A stretch of 64,000 nucleotides of DNA from Solirubrobacterales bacterium (GTDB taxonomy: Bacteria > Actinomycetota > Thermoleophilia > Solirubrobacterales > 70-9). The stretch spans positions 36,398 through 100,397 of the forward strand of contig JBBRYM010000009.1 in assembly GCA_038237625.1 (NCBI GenBank). Reading direction: 5' to 3'. This document shows, in pieces, positions 1 to 8,391 of this stretch (positions within the stretch are counted from its first letter, which is position 1; each line of letters begins with the position of its first letter). The notes under the pieces are model-generated. The model saw nothing but the letters and a program-made list of their open reading frames with translations. It ran no database searches and was not told the DNA's origin. The translations under genes were made by a program, and so were the position numbers.

Positions 1-1
1 G

Positions 2-280
2 GACGTCCGCACGATTGCCGAGGGCATGCGGCTGATCCCCGAGCTCGTGCGGGTCCTGAGCTCAATCGAGAAGCACGTCACCTCGATGGACCGCGAGGTC
101 AGTCGAATGCGAGACGGAGTCGAGGGACTTGGTGCGCAGGTTCGTGCCCTGGAGGACGCGATGGAGCAAGTCTTCGAGCCGCTCGCCGAGATTGGCCTCA
201 CGCTCCACCCTCTCAAGCGGGGCGCGAGCCGGATCAGCCGGATGGGCCGGCGTCCGCCGGACCCCTCCAGTCCCGAGTGA
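2..280 (+). CDS. hypothetical protein, 5' end outside window
   Basis: The frame is open from the window edge. The sequence is non-junk and helical (LIPELVRVLSSIEKHVTSMDREVSRMRDGVEGLGAQVRALEDAMEQ). Its TGA overlaps the GTG of the next gene (GTGA at 277-280). No family recognised. Confidence 0.4.
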   Translation, partial: DVRTIAEGMRLIPELVRVLSSIEKHVTSMDREVSRMRDGVEGLGAQVRALEDAMEQVFEPLAEIGLTLHPLKRGASRISRMGRRPPDPSSPE

Positions 281-654
281 ACCACGAGCGCCACTTCACG
301 GTCGAGGAGGCAAATGCCGCGCTCGACTGGATTCGCCCCCGGCTCCAGGAGCTGCGCACCGCGCGCGACCGGCTCGGCCACCGCGAGGCGCACGAGGCTA
401 TGACCGAGGCCGCGCAGACGAACGGCGGCGGCGAGCATGGCAAGACGATCGGCGAGGGCTTCCTCGAGGTGCGCAGTCTCCTCGGCCGATTCACCGACGC
501 GGGCCTGGTGCTGCGCGACCTCGACCGCGGCCTGGTCGACTTCCCCGCCATCCGCGACGGCGAGGAGATTTACCTCTGCTGGCAGGAGGGCGAGGACGCC
601 GTTGAGCACTGGCACGACCTCGAGTCGGGCTTCACGGGCCGCGAGCCTCTCTGA
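277..654 (+). CDS. DUF2203 family protein
   Basis: 125 aa. The pattern FTVEEANAALDWIRPRLQEL ... GLVLRDLDRGLVDFPA ... EIYLCWQEGEDAVEHWHDLESGFTGREPL matches my recollection of the DUF2203 family. Confidence 0.7.
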   Translation: MNHERHFTVEEANAALDWIRPRLQELRTARDRLGHREAHEAMTEAAQTNGGGEHGKTIGEGFLEVRSLLGRFTDAGLVLRDLDRGLVDFPAIRDGEEIYLCWQEGEDAVEHWHDLESGFTGREPL

Positions 655-724
655 AGCCAATTGGTTAGCGCCCATAAATGAAGCGAGGCGCCCGCCCGGC
701 GCCCCGCTCCACACATGGGAGGTG

Positions 725-751
725 CCCCTCTGGGACCGAGGTCCCAAGGGG
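725..751. terminator. stem-loop between convergent genes
   Basis: Near-perfect hairpin CCCCTCTGGGACC-GA-GGTCCCAAGGGG lies between genes ending at 654 (+) and 840 (-). There is no clear U-tract, which is common in high-GC actinobacteria. Confidence 0.45.
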
Positions 752-839
752 TCTGTATAAGGCCGCGCTTGGCGGTCACACCTCACATCGGCCCTCGCGC
801 CGCCGGCGGGAGAGCCGCCGACGACGGTGGACGGATGTA

Positions 840-1400
840 TTAGGCGGCGAGCGCCTGGAGGTGAGCGGCGCCTTCGGCCACGACCGCCTCGACGATGCGC
901 CGCAGGGCGTCGGATGCTTTGGGATCGCGAAGCCTCGACCCCTCGGCGATCGCGTCGTCGGCCTGAGCGATCGCCAGCTCGCCGTCCACGACCCTGGCGC
1001 CGCTGGCGCCCAGGATCTTGCGCAAATCGGCCTGCGCCCAGACCGCGCCGAAGCGACTGGTGCTGGCGCCGATCACGGCCACCGGCAATCCCGTCAGGGC
1101 GCTGTCGCCCAGCGGGCGCGAAGCCCAGTCCAGGGCGTTTTTCAGTTGGCCCGGAATCGAAGAGTTGTACTCGGGGGTGGCGATGATCACCGCGTCGGCC
1201 CGCTCGAGCGCGTCGCGAAAGGCGGCCGCGCCCGGAGGCGCGAACGGTGTGTCGAGATCCTGGTCGTAAGGCTCGACTTCGCCCAGGCCCTCAAAAACCT
1301 CCACCTCGACGTCGCCCGGTGCGAGCCCGGCCGCGATCCGCGCAAGCGCGGAGTTGTGCGAATCGCGGCGCAGGCTTCCCGAGAGCGCAACTAGGCGCAT
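840..1400 (-). CDS. NADPH-dependent FMN reductase family oxidoreductase
   Basis: 186 aa. MRLVALSGSLRRDSHNSAL ... ADAVIIATPEYNSSIPGQLKNALDW is typical of the flavodoxin-like FMN_red family. Confidence 0.85.
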   Translation of the reverse strand: MRLVALSGSLRRDSHNSALARIAAGLAPGDVEVEVFEGLGEVEPYDQDLDTPFAPPGAAAFRDALERADAVIIATPEYNSSIPGQLKNALDWASRPLGDSALTGLPVAVIGASTSRFGAVWAQADLRKILGASGARVVDGELAIAQADDAIAEGSRLRDPKASDALRRIVEAVVAEGAAHLQALAA

Positions 1401-1405
1401 GACGG

Positions 1406-1960
1406 TTACGCCTCCTCGCGGACGAGTTCGAGGACGACAGTCAGACGGACCTCATCGGCCAGCGCCTTGCCGCCGTTTGGCAGGTCCATGTTCCAGCCGA
1501 GGCCGTACTCGGTCCGATCGATGATGGTTGAGAGCTCGAGCGAGACTCGGTCGGAGCCGTCCGGACCGACGCCCGACTCGCCCACCTCGGCGTGCGCCAC
1601 GACCGCCTTGGACGTGCCCCTGATCTCGAGCTCGCCCTTGAGGACCAGGCCGTCGTCCCCCTCGGTCAGCTCGCCGGCGCGGAAGCGGATTTCGGGATGC
1701 CGCTCGGCGTCGAAGAACTCGGGTGAGAGCAGGTGGCCCTTGAGGTTCGGCTCGTCGACGTCGAAGCTTTCGACGCGGGCGCCGCCGTCCAGTTCGAAGC
1801 GGTCGTCGGTGACCTCGAGGGTTGCGTCGAAGACCTTGACCGCGCCGCGGAACGTTGAGACGCCCAGATGCCCGACCTCGAAGGTCGCGCTGGAGTGCGT
1901 GCGATCGGCGGCCCACTTGCCGGCCGGGACCGTCCGCTTTGGGAAGGTGGTGGTGCTCAT
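1406..1960 (-). CDS. YceI family protein
   Basis: 184 aa. W..D..HS.ATFEV.HLGVSTFRG.F ... LKGELEIRG is typical of the YceI-like lipid/polyisoprenoid-binding domain. Confidence 0.85.
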   Translation of the reverse strand: MSTTTFPKRTVPAGKWAADRTHSSATFEVGHLGVSTFRGAVKVFDATLEVTDDRFELDGGARVESFDVDEPNLKGHLLSPEFFDAERHPEIRFRAGELTEGDDGLVLKGELEIRGTSKAVVAHAEVGESGVGPDGSDRVSLELSTIIDRTEYGLGWNMDLPNGGKALADEVRLTVVLELVREEA

Positions 1961-1974
1961 GGCTCTCTCCTATC

Positions 1975-2035
1975 GGAAGTAATGGACTGTGGTCCGGTTA
2001 CTTCCAAAAGGTATCATATAACCGGACTAAAGTCC
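1975..2035. promoter_or_regulatory. putative TetR operator region in divergent promoter
   Basis: A 31-bp palindrome GGAAGTAATGGACTGTGGTCCGGTTACTTCC (1975-2005) is followed by a second GGACTAAAGTCC (2024-2035). Both contain GGAC-N4-GTCC. The region lies between the yceI-like gene (-) and the TetR gene (+). Confidence 0.5.
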
Positions 2036-2042
2036 AGCTCTT

Positions 2043-2681
2043 ATGAAGCAGCCGGCGGTCAGCCACATCCCCGAAACTGTCCCAATGCAGGAGCTCGTCC
2101 AGCTTGGAGGCGAATCCCGCGAGCGTGCCGACGCGGCCCGCAACCGCGAAAAGGTCCTCGCGGCGGCGTCGCGCCTATTCGCGGAGCGCGGAGCCGACCA
2201 CGTCTCGATGGACGAGATCGCCGCGGAGGCGGGCGTCGGCAAGGGCACCCTCTTTCGCCGCTTCGGCGACCGCGCGGGTCTCGCCCACGCCCTTCTCGAC
2301 GAGCACGAACGCGACTTCCAGGAACAGCTCCTGCGCGGCTCCCCACCCCTCGGCCCGGGTGCGGCCCCCTGTGAGCGGATCAAGGCATTCGGCGCCGGCC
2401 GCTTCCAACTCCTCGACAGCCACCACGCCCTGATCGCCGCCGCCGAGGCGGGGCCGGCCACGAGGCGCTTTATCCACCCGGTCTACGCCGCGCACAGGGC
2501 GCACCTGTACATCCTGGCTCGCGAAGCCGACCCCGAGGTCGATTTTGAGTACGTGGCCGACGTGCTGCTGAACTCTTTGACGGCGGAGTTCTTTTCGTAC
2601 CTGCGCAATGGGCGCGGGCTGTCTCTCGAGGAAATCCAGGTGGGATTCAACGACCTCGTCGATCGGCTCCTCGCCGGCTGA
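2043..2681 (+). CDS. TetR/AcrR family transcriptional regulator
   Basis: N-terminal HTH: RNREKVLAAASRLFAERGADHVSMDEIAAEAGVGKGTLFRRFGDRAGL. Confidence 0.85.
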   Translation: MKQPAVSHIPETVPMQELVQLGGESRERADAARNREKVLAAASRLFAERGADHVSMDEIAAEAGVGKGTLFRRFGDRAGLAHALLDEHERDFQEQLLRGSPPLGPGAAPCERIKAFGAGRFQLLDSHHALIAAAEAGPATRRFIHPVYAAHRAHLYILAREADPEVDFEYVADVLLNSLTAEFFSYLRNGRGLSLEEIQVGFNDLVDRLLAG

Positions 2682-2707
2682 CGAGACGCGTTGGCTACGG
2701 TAGGCCC

Positions 2708-3976
2708 GTGGCCGGCGAGCGATCCGAATCAGTCACCCTCGCCGACGTGGAGCGCGCCGCCCAGGCGATCGCCCCCCTCACGCGAACCACCCCCCTCCTG
2801 GAGGCCGGCGAGCTGTCGCGACGTTTTGGAGCGCCGGTGGTCCTCAAAGCCGAATGCCTTCAGCGCACGGGCTCGTTCAAGATCCGCGGCGCCGCCAACG
2901 CGATCTCGTCGCTCGACCCCGAACAGCTCGAAGCGGGAGTGTGCGCGGCCAGCGCAGGCAACCACGCCCAGGCGGTGACCGTTGCCGCCGCGCGCCACGG
3001 CGCGAGCGCCGAACTCTTCATGCCTGACTCCGCCCCCCTGGCGAAGGTCGCAGCGGTGCGGGACCACGGCGGCATCGTCCGCCTCGTGGACGGCGGCTAC
3101 GAGGAGGCTCAGGCCGCAGCCATGAATCACGCCCGCGAGCACGGCACAACCTTCGTCCACGCCTTCGACGACCCCGCCGTGGTCGCCGGCCAGGGCACCG
3201 TCGGCCTGGAGATCGCCGAGCAGGACCCCGAGACCCGCCAGATCGTCGTCCCCCTCGGCGGCGGAGGGCTGGCTGCGGGCACCGCGATCGCCGCCGCCTC
3301 ACGCCTACCCGGAGTTCACGTCGTGGGCGTGCAGGCCGAGGCCTGCGCTCCATATCCACGCTCGCTGGAGGCGCACCGCCCTCTCGGCGCGCGCGGAGAG
3401 TCGACGATCTGCGACGGCATCGCCGTAAAGCAACCGGGGAAGCTCACCCTGCCGCTCGTCGCAGCTCATGTCGACGAGGTCGTCACGGTTTCCGACGACG
3501 AGGTTGCCGAGAGCATGGTGCTGTTGCTCGAGCGCTCAAAGCTCGTCGTGGAGGGGGCCGGCGCCGTCGGGGTTGCCGCGATCCTCCACGGCAAGGTGAC
3601 TCCACCCGCCCAGGGCAAGACCTGCGCGGTTCTGTCCGGCGGCAACGTCGACGCCTCGCGCCTCGCCGAATGCATCCGGCTCGGCGAAACCGCGGCCGGC
3701 CGGCGGCTTGTCCTCGTCACCGTGGTCCCGGACCGACCCGGCGCCCTGGCGGCGCTGCTTCGATGCGTTGCCGAGGAGGGAGCCAACGTCCTCGACGTCA
3801 CTCATCTGCGCGAAGGCGTCGACATCCACATTCGCGAAACCGTGATCCGGCTGGTCCTCCAAACCGACGGGCGCGAGCACGCGGCCGCAGTTCTAGCAGC
3901 AGTCGAAGCGCAGGGCTTTCACGCCCGGGCCGAGGCGTCGGCGCTGGGCGAGAGCCAGTCGCACCCGAGCACGTGA
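2708..3976 (+). CDS. ilvA: threonine ammonia-lyase (threonine dehydratase), PLP-dependent, with C-terminal regulatory ACT-like domain
   Basis: 422 aa. It has the PLP-lysine motif GSFKIRGA and the glycine loop GGGGL, plus a C-terminal segment LVLVTVVPDRPGALAALL typical of an ACT-like domain. GTG start. Confidence 0.8.
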   Translation: MAGERSESVTLADVERAAQAIAPLTRTTPLLEAGELSRRFGAPVVLKAECLQRTGSFKIRGAANAISSLDPEQLEAGVCAASAGNHAQAVTVAAARHGASAELFMPDSAPLAKVAAVRDHGGIVRLVDGGYEEAQAAAMNHAREHGTTFVHAFDDPAVVAGQGTVGLEIAEQDPETRQIVVPLGGGGLAAGTAIAAASRLPGVHVVGVQAEACAPYPRSLEAHRPLGARGESTICDGIAVKQPGKLTLPLVAAHVDEVVTVSDDEVAESMVLLLERSKLVVEGAGAVGVAAILHGKVTPPAQGKTCAVLSGGNVDASRLAECIRLGETAAGRRLVLVTVVPDRPGALAALLRCVAEEGANVLDVTHLREGVDIHIRETVIRLVLQTDGREHAAAVLAAVEAQGFHARAEASALGESQSHPST

Positions 3977-5493
3977 GCGAGGTCGCCTACAAGGAGGCCT
4001 GCGATCGCCTCGGCGAGATCGCCGACATCGGTCGCGCAGCGGCGCTTTTGGCCTGGGACGAGCGGACGAAGATGCCGCGTGGAGGCGCCGCACCCCGCGC
4101 CGAGCACATGGAGACCCTGGCGCGCATCGCCCACGAGCGGATGACCGACGACGCGCTCGGATCGCTCTTGGAAGGCGCCGAGGCCTGGGCCCAAGGGCAG
4201 CCATACGACTCCGACGAAGCCAGCACGGTGCGGATGGCGCTGCGAGCCTGGCGCAAGGCGCGCAGGGTTCCGACCGCGCTGGCGGCCGAGCTCGCCGGAG
4301 CTGGATCTCGCGCCGAGCACGCCTGGGTCAAAGCCCGGGCGGCCAATGACTTTGCCGCTCTCCTCCCCCACCTGAAGCTGCTCCTCGGGCTCAAGCGCCG
4401 CCTGATCGACTGCTTCGACGACTTCGACCACCCCTACGATGTGCTCCTCGACGACTTCGAGCCGGAGATGACCGTTGCCGTCGTGCGCCCGCTGCTCGGC
4501 GACCTGCGCGCGGGGCTCACCAGGTTGCTCGAGCGGATTCCCGACGACGACGGCGAGCCGCGCGACGCCTGCCTCCACGGCCAGTTCGACGTCGAGGCCC
4601 AGCGTGCGCTGGGGCTCGCGCTGTGCGAGCTCCTGCCGCTGCGCGAGTCCGGATGGCGCCTGGACTCCACCGCGCACCCCTTCGCCGTGTCGATCGCCCC
4701 CAGCGACATCCGGCTGACCACGCGCTACGAGCCGGACTTCGTGGGCTCCTCGGTCTGGTCGGTCATCCACGAGTCGGGCCACGGGCTGTATGAGAGCGGC
4801 ATGCCCGATGAGCTGCGGCGTCTGCCCATCGGCAGTCCGAACTCGCTGGGCTTGCACGAGTCGCAATCGCGCCTGTGGGAGAACTGGGTGGGCCGCGGCC
4901 GCCCGTTCGTGGAGGGGCGCCTGCTGCCGCTGCTTCGCGAGCACTTCCCGGGCGAGCTCGCCGGCATCGACGCCGAGCAGCTCTACCGCGCCTGCAACAC
5001 GGTGCGCCGTTCGCTGATCCGCACCGAGGCCGATGAGGTCACCTACAACCTCCACGTCGCCATCCGTTTCGAGCTCGAAGTCGAGATCTTCGAGGGACGG
5101 CTGGCGCTCGAGGACCTGCCGGAAGCTTGGAACGACCGCTACGCCCGTTACCTGGGCGTCGCGGTCCCCAGCGACGCCGACGGTGTCCTCCAGGACGTTC
5201 ACTGGCCAAGTGGCGCCTTCGGCTACTTCCCTACCTACTCCCTGGGCAACCTCATTGCCGCGCAGCTGTGGGCCCACGCCCGCGAGGAGATCCCCAGCCT
5301 CGACGAGGCGCTTCGTGCAGGCGACCTCGAGGTGCTGCGCAGTTGGCTCGACCGGCGGCTCTTCCAACTCGCCGGGCGGTTCACGCCGGCGGAGACGATC
5401 GCGCGCGCCACCGGCTCGGGCCTTGCCGTCGCGCCGCTGCTCGACCACCTCGAGCGCAAATACGGCGAGCTCTACGAGCTGGCGCCGGAGTAG
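3973..5493 (+). CDS. M32 family metallocarboxypeptidase (Taq-type)
   Basis: Contains the HEXXH zinc site in VIHESGHGLYE, plus GLHESQSRLWEN and DVHW..G.FGYFPTYSLGN, all typical of M32. The ORF-track 5' extension (3670) is Arg-rich junk overlapping ilvA. The GTG at 3973 overlaps the ilvA stop (GTGA). Confidence 0.85.
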   Translation: MSEVAYKEACDRLGEIADIGRAAALLAWDERTKMPRGGAAPRAEHMETLARIAHERMTDDALGSLLEGAEAWAQGQPYDSDEASTVRMALRAWRKARRVPTALAAELAGAGSRAEHAWVKARAANDFAALLPHLKLLLGLKRRLIDCFDDFDHPYDVLLDDFEPEMTVAVVRPLLGDLRAGLTRLLERIPDDDGEPRDACLHGQFDVEAQRALGLALCELLPLRESGWRLDSTAHPFAVSIAPSDIRLTTRYEPDFVGSSVWSVIHESGHGLYESGMPDELRRLPIGSPNSLGLHESQSRLWENWVGRGRPFVEGRLLPLLREHFPGELAGIDAEQLYRACNTVRRSLIRTEADEVTYNLHVAIRFELEVEIFEGRLALEDLPEAWNDRYARYLGVAVPSDADGVLQDVHWPSGAFGYFPTYSLGNLIAAQLWAHAREEIPSLDEALRAGDLEVLRSWLDRRLFQLAGRFTPAETIARATGSGLAVAPLLDHLERKYGELYELAPE

Positions 5494-5588
5494 GGCTTGC
5501 TCCAATTACAGGGCTGTCATCCGCCTCCCTCCAGCCATGACTCGGGTCGCGGTGCCGCCGGCATACGCGGACGGCCGCCGCAAGCCTC

Positions 5589-6425
5589 CTAACGGCGCCG
5601 ACCGCGTCGACCGCCCGAGCGCTCGCCGTCGCGGCTCACGCGCTGAAGCTCGCGGCCGAACGCCTCGTCGACGGCATCGGTCATCGCAAGCTTGAAGACG
5701 GCGAGGAGCGCCTCGCCCGCGAGGGGCCGCAGCCGCTCGATGGCGTCGATCATCTCGGGCCAGCGCTCCGCGGGCCTGCCGGCCTCGTCGAACGGCTTCC
5801 ATACCTGCTCGAGGAAGAGCTCGACGAACGCGCGAGCGACGCCGTCGGCGTGACGGCGAAGCCGAGCGATCACGTCGATGCCGGCCTCGATCGGGATGCC
5901 CAGGGCCGCAAGCTCCGCGCCCGCGGCGATCAGCTGCGGGCTGCGGATCTCGAAGCGATCCTCACCGACCTCGCCCACCAAACCACTGCGGAGAGCCTTT
6001 TCCAAGAGCTTCGGGCTCTCCTCGGCCAGCCCGACGGCCGCGGCGAGATCGGCGCCGGTGACGATCTGCGCCTCCTCGTCGGCAAAGGGCTCGTGGACCG
6101 CGCGGGTGAGGCGCAGGACGTCGGCGCTGGGACCCCCGGCCTCGATCACGCGCTTGATTGCCTCGAGGTTGAAGCCCTCGGCCTGGAGCTCGCGCACGAG
6201 CTCGATCCGGGCCTCGTGCTCGGGCCCGTAGTAGCCGGTGCGACCCCGGACCTCGGGCGGGGGCAAGAGGCCACGGGACTGGTAGGCGCGGATGTTGCGC
6301 ACGGTCATGCCCGTGCGGTGCGCGAGGGCGTCGATCGTCACTCCATCCGCGGCTTGGCCAGCGTCTGCATCGCCCTGCTGCTCGCTGCTCGCTGCTCGCT
6401 GCTCGCTCTCCGTGACGTCGCTCAC
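5589..6425 (-). CDS. MerR family transcriptional regulator
   Basis: HTH: VTIDALAHRTGMTVRNIRAYQSRGLLPPPEVRGRTGYYGPEHEARIELVRELQ. The start is uncertain. It is either the GTG at 6425 or an in-frame GTG at 6341 immediately before the HTH. Confidence 0.8.
   Translation of the reverse strand: MSDVTESEQRAASSEQQGDADAGQAADGVTIDALAHRTGMTVRNIRAYQSRGLLPPPEVRGRTGYYGPEHEARIELVRELQAEGFNLEAIKRVIEAGGPSADVLRLTRAVHEPFADEEAQIVTGADLAAAVGLAEESPKLLEKALRSGLVGEVGEDRFEIRSPQLIAAGAELAALGIPIEAGIDVIARLRRHADGVARAFVELFLEQVWKPFDEAGRPAERWPEMIDAIERLRPLAGEALLAVFKLAMTDAVDEAFGRELQRVSRDGERSGGRRGRRR
6375..6408 (-). repeat. 7-bp tandem repeat, (CGAGCAG)x4 plus partial flanking units
   Basis: The plus strand reads ctg CTGCTCG CTGCTCG CTGCTCG CTGCTCG ctc, with the four full units at 6378-6405. 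The repeat lies in codons 6-17 of the long MerR ORF, or 37 nt upstream of the alternative GTG. Confidence 0.9.
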
Positions 6426-6471
6426 GCGGCGAACGATACACGCGTAACTGTGCCATCAATCGGTGTAACAT

Positions 6472-8334
6472 ATGCCTATGCAACTAATTTCCCTCGCCAC
6501 CACAACCGCCCCCCCTGCCGGCGGTGCCGCCATCGGCCAGGTAATCATCGCGACGGCCTTCGCCGGCCTCGCGACAACGCTTCTCGTCTGGGTGGTGACG
6601 CTGCACCGCCAGGGCCGTACCGAGCTCCTTCAGCGCGCCTCCGACATGTCCGCCCGGATCGGCGGCATCCCGGGCTGGGCCGCCCTGCCGCTCGGAATCT
6701 CCACCGTCTCCCTCCTCTCCGCCTTCCTCGGCGTCTACTGGGACGTCTCGATCCACATCGACCAGGGCCGCGATCCCGGCCCACTCGCGAACCCAGCCCA
6801 CTACTTCATCCTCGCGGGCCTCTTCGGGATCTTCGCCGCCGGCTACCTATCCATCTCCCTGCCCCGTGACGGCGAGCGCCCCGGCCCCGCCGCGTTTCGG
6901 ATCGCGGGCAACTGGCACGCGCCGGTCGGCGGCCTGCTGCTGTTCGGCTGCGGCACCTTCGCTCTTCTGGGCTTCCCCCTCGACGACGTCTGGCACCGCC
7001 TTTTCGGCCAGGACGTCACCCTCTGGGGGCCCACTCACCTGATCATGATCGGGGGAGCGGTGATGACCCTGATCGGCATGGTCGTACTGATCGCTGAGGG
7101 CATGGCCGCCCGCCGCGCCTGCGGCATCGCCGGGCCTCCCCCGGTTCTCGCACGGGCCCGCCAGGTAGGTCTCGCCGGCGGCCTTTTGATCGGGCTCTCG
7201 GCGTTCCAGGCCGAGTTCGACTTCGGTGTGCCGCAGTTCCGGATGCTCTTCGAGCCCGTGATGCTCGCCTTCGCCTCCGGCATGGCCCTGGTGATGGCGC
7301 GGGTATGGCTCGGCCGCGGCGGAGCTCTGGCCACCGTGCTCTTCTTCGTCGCCGCCCGGGGCCTGATGGCCCTGATCGTGGGCGACCTCTTCGGCCAGTC
7401 CACACCGCACTTCCCGCTTTACGCAGCTGAGGCGCTGTGCGTCGAGGCCGCCGGTATCGCGATCGGTCGCGATCGGCCCCTCGCGCTCGGCGTTGCCTCC
7501 GGCATCCTCGTGGGCACGGTTGGCCTCGCGGCCGAGTGGGCCTGGTCGCAATTCGCGATGCCGGTCCCCTTCACGTCCGACTTACTGCCAGAGGCGCTGA
7601 TCGCCGCTCCAATCGCCGGCGTCGCGGGCGGTGTCGCCGGCGCGCTTTTGGCGTGCGGCCTTCGCGGGACCCTGCCCAGCCCCCGCGTCGCGCGTGCCTC
7701 CTTCGGGACTGCCCTGATCGCAATGGTCGTTCTCACCGTCTATGGCCTGCACCACACGGCCCCCCAGGACATGAGGGCGGTGATCGCGCTGCACCAGACG
7801 GCCAGCGGACCGGATCGCGCGGCGACCGCGACGGTGAAGCTGACGCCTCGCAACGCCGCCGAGGGCGCGGCCTGGCTGAACGAAACGGCATGGCAGGGAG
7901 GGGGCCTCGTCTCGCAGCCGCTCGATCGGGTGCGTGAGGGCGTTTACCGCACGCCGGAAGCGCTGCCGCTTCACGGAGACTGGAAAGCGGTCATCCGGTT
8001 CCAGCGCGGCAACGAGCTCGCCGACCTCCCCGTCTACCTGCCGGCCGATCCCGCCATCCCCGTGGCCGCTGTGCCCGCCCCGCACCACACGTTCACGCGA
8101 TCATTCGTGCCGAGCAAGCAGGTGCTCCAGCGCGAGGTCAAGCAGGACATCCCAAGCTGGCTTTGGGCCCTTGCCGCGTCGCTCGTGATGGCGTTTTGGG
8201 TCGCCTTCATCGTGGCCCTCGCGGCGGGGGCGGCTCGCGCGGGTCGGGCGTTCGAAGGTCGCGCCGAGCACGACTCCGAGCGCGCGTTGCGGACCGTGCC
8301 ACGGGTTCACCTGCGGCGCCCGCGCGAAGCCTGA
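6472..8334 (+). CDS. large polytopic membrane protein of unknown function
   Basis: 620 aa with about 12 hydrophobic segments. These are followed by a roughly 130-aa soluble segment (TVKLTPRNAAEGAAWLNETAWQGGG...GDWKAVIRFQRGNEL) and a final TM. Divergent from the MerR gene. Confidence 0.7.
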   Translation: MPMQLISLATTTAPPAGGAAIGQVIIATAFAGLATTLLVWVVTLHRQGRTELLQRASDMSARIGGIPGWAALPLGISTVSLLSAFLGVYWDVSIHIDQGRDPGPLANPAHYFILAGLFGIFAAGYLSISLPRDGERPGPAAFRIAGNWHAPVGGLLLFGCGTFALLGFPLDDVWHRLFGQDVTLWGPTHLIMIGGAVMTLIGMVVLIAEGMAARRACGIAGPPPVLARARQVGLAGGLLIGLSAFQAEFDFGVPQFRMLFEPVMLAFASGMALVMARVWLGRGGALATVLFFVAARGLMALIVGDLFGQSTPHFPLYAAEALCVEAAGIAIGRDRPLALGVASGILVGTVGLAAEWAWSQFAMPVPFTSDLLPEALIAAPIAGVAGGVAGALLACGLRGTLPSPRVARASFGTALIAMVVLTVYGLHHTAPQDMRAVIALHQTASGPDRAATATVKLTPRNAAEGAAWLNETAWQGGGLVSQPLDRVREGVYRTPEALPLHGDWKAVIRFQRGNELADLPVYLPADPAIPVAAVPAPHHTFTRSFVPSKQVLQREVKQDIPSWLWALAASLVMAFWVAFIVALAAGAARAGRAFEGRAEHDSERALRTVPRVHLRRPREA

Positions 8335-8391
8335 GCGACAGGAGCGCCTAAGCGGCGCACCCGCAGCGCCTTCGGGCTATCTTGCCGTCCG

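Noticed and set aside
3670-3972. 5' extensions of track ORFs. Examples: 3670 for the carboxypeptidase, 16213 for the esterase, 30675-31271 for the ligase, 36232-36897 for DJ-1, 59653-60882 for the methyltransferase, 51866-52351 for the ABC ATPase, and 54679-54765 for the desaturase.
   Set aside because: The extended parts are Arg/Pro-rich and overlap the preceding real gene. Internal starts with SD sequences or NTGA overlaps give proteins of the family-typical length.
3919-5505. Long antisense ORFs opposite real genes. This one is 528 aa. Others are at 8377-10152, 19859-21346, 21754-23145, 43841-45442 and 48178-50196.
   Set aside because: All have junk-like Arg/Gly/Asp-rich composition and fully overlap genes with strong family motifs. 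Stop codons are rare in antisense frames at ~70% GC.
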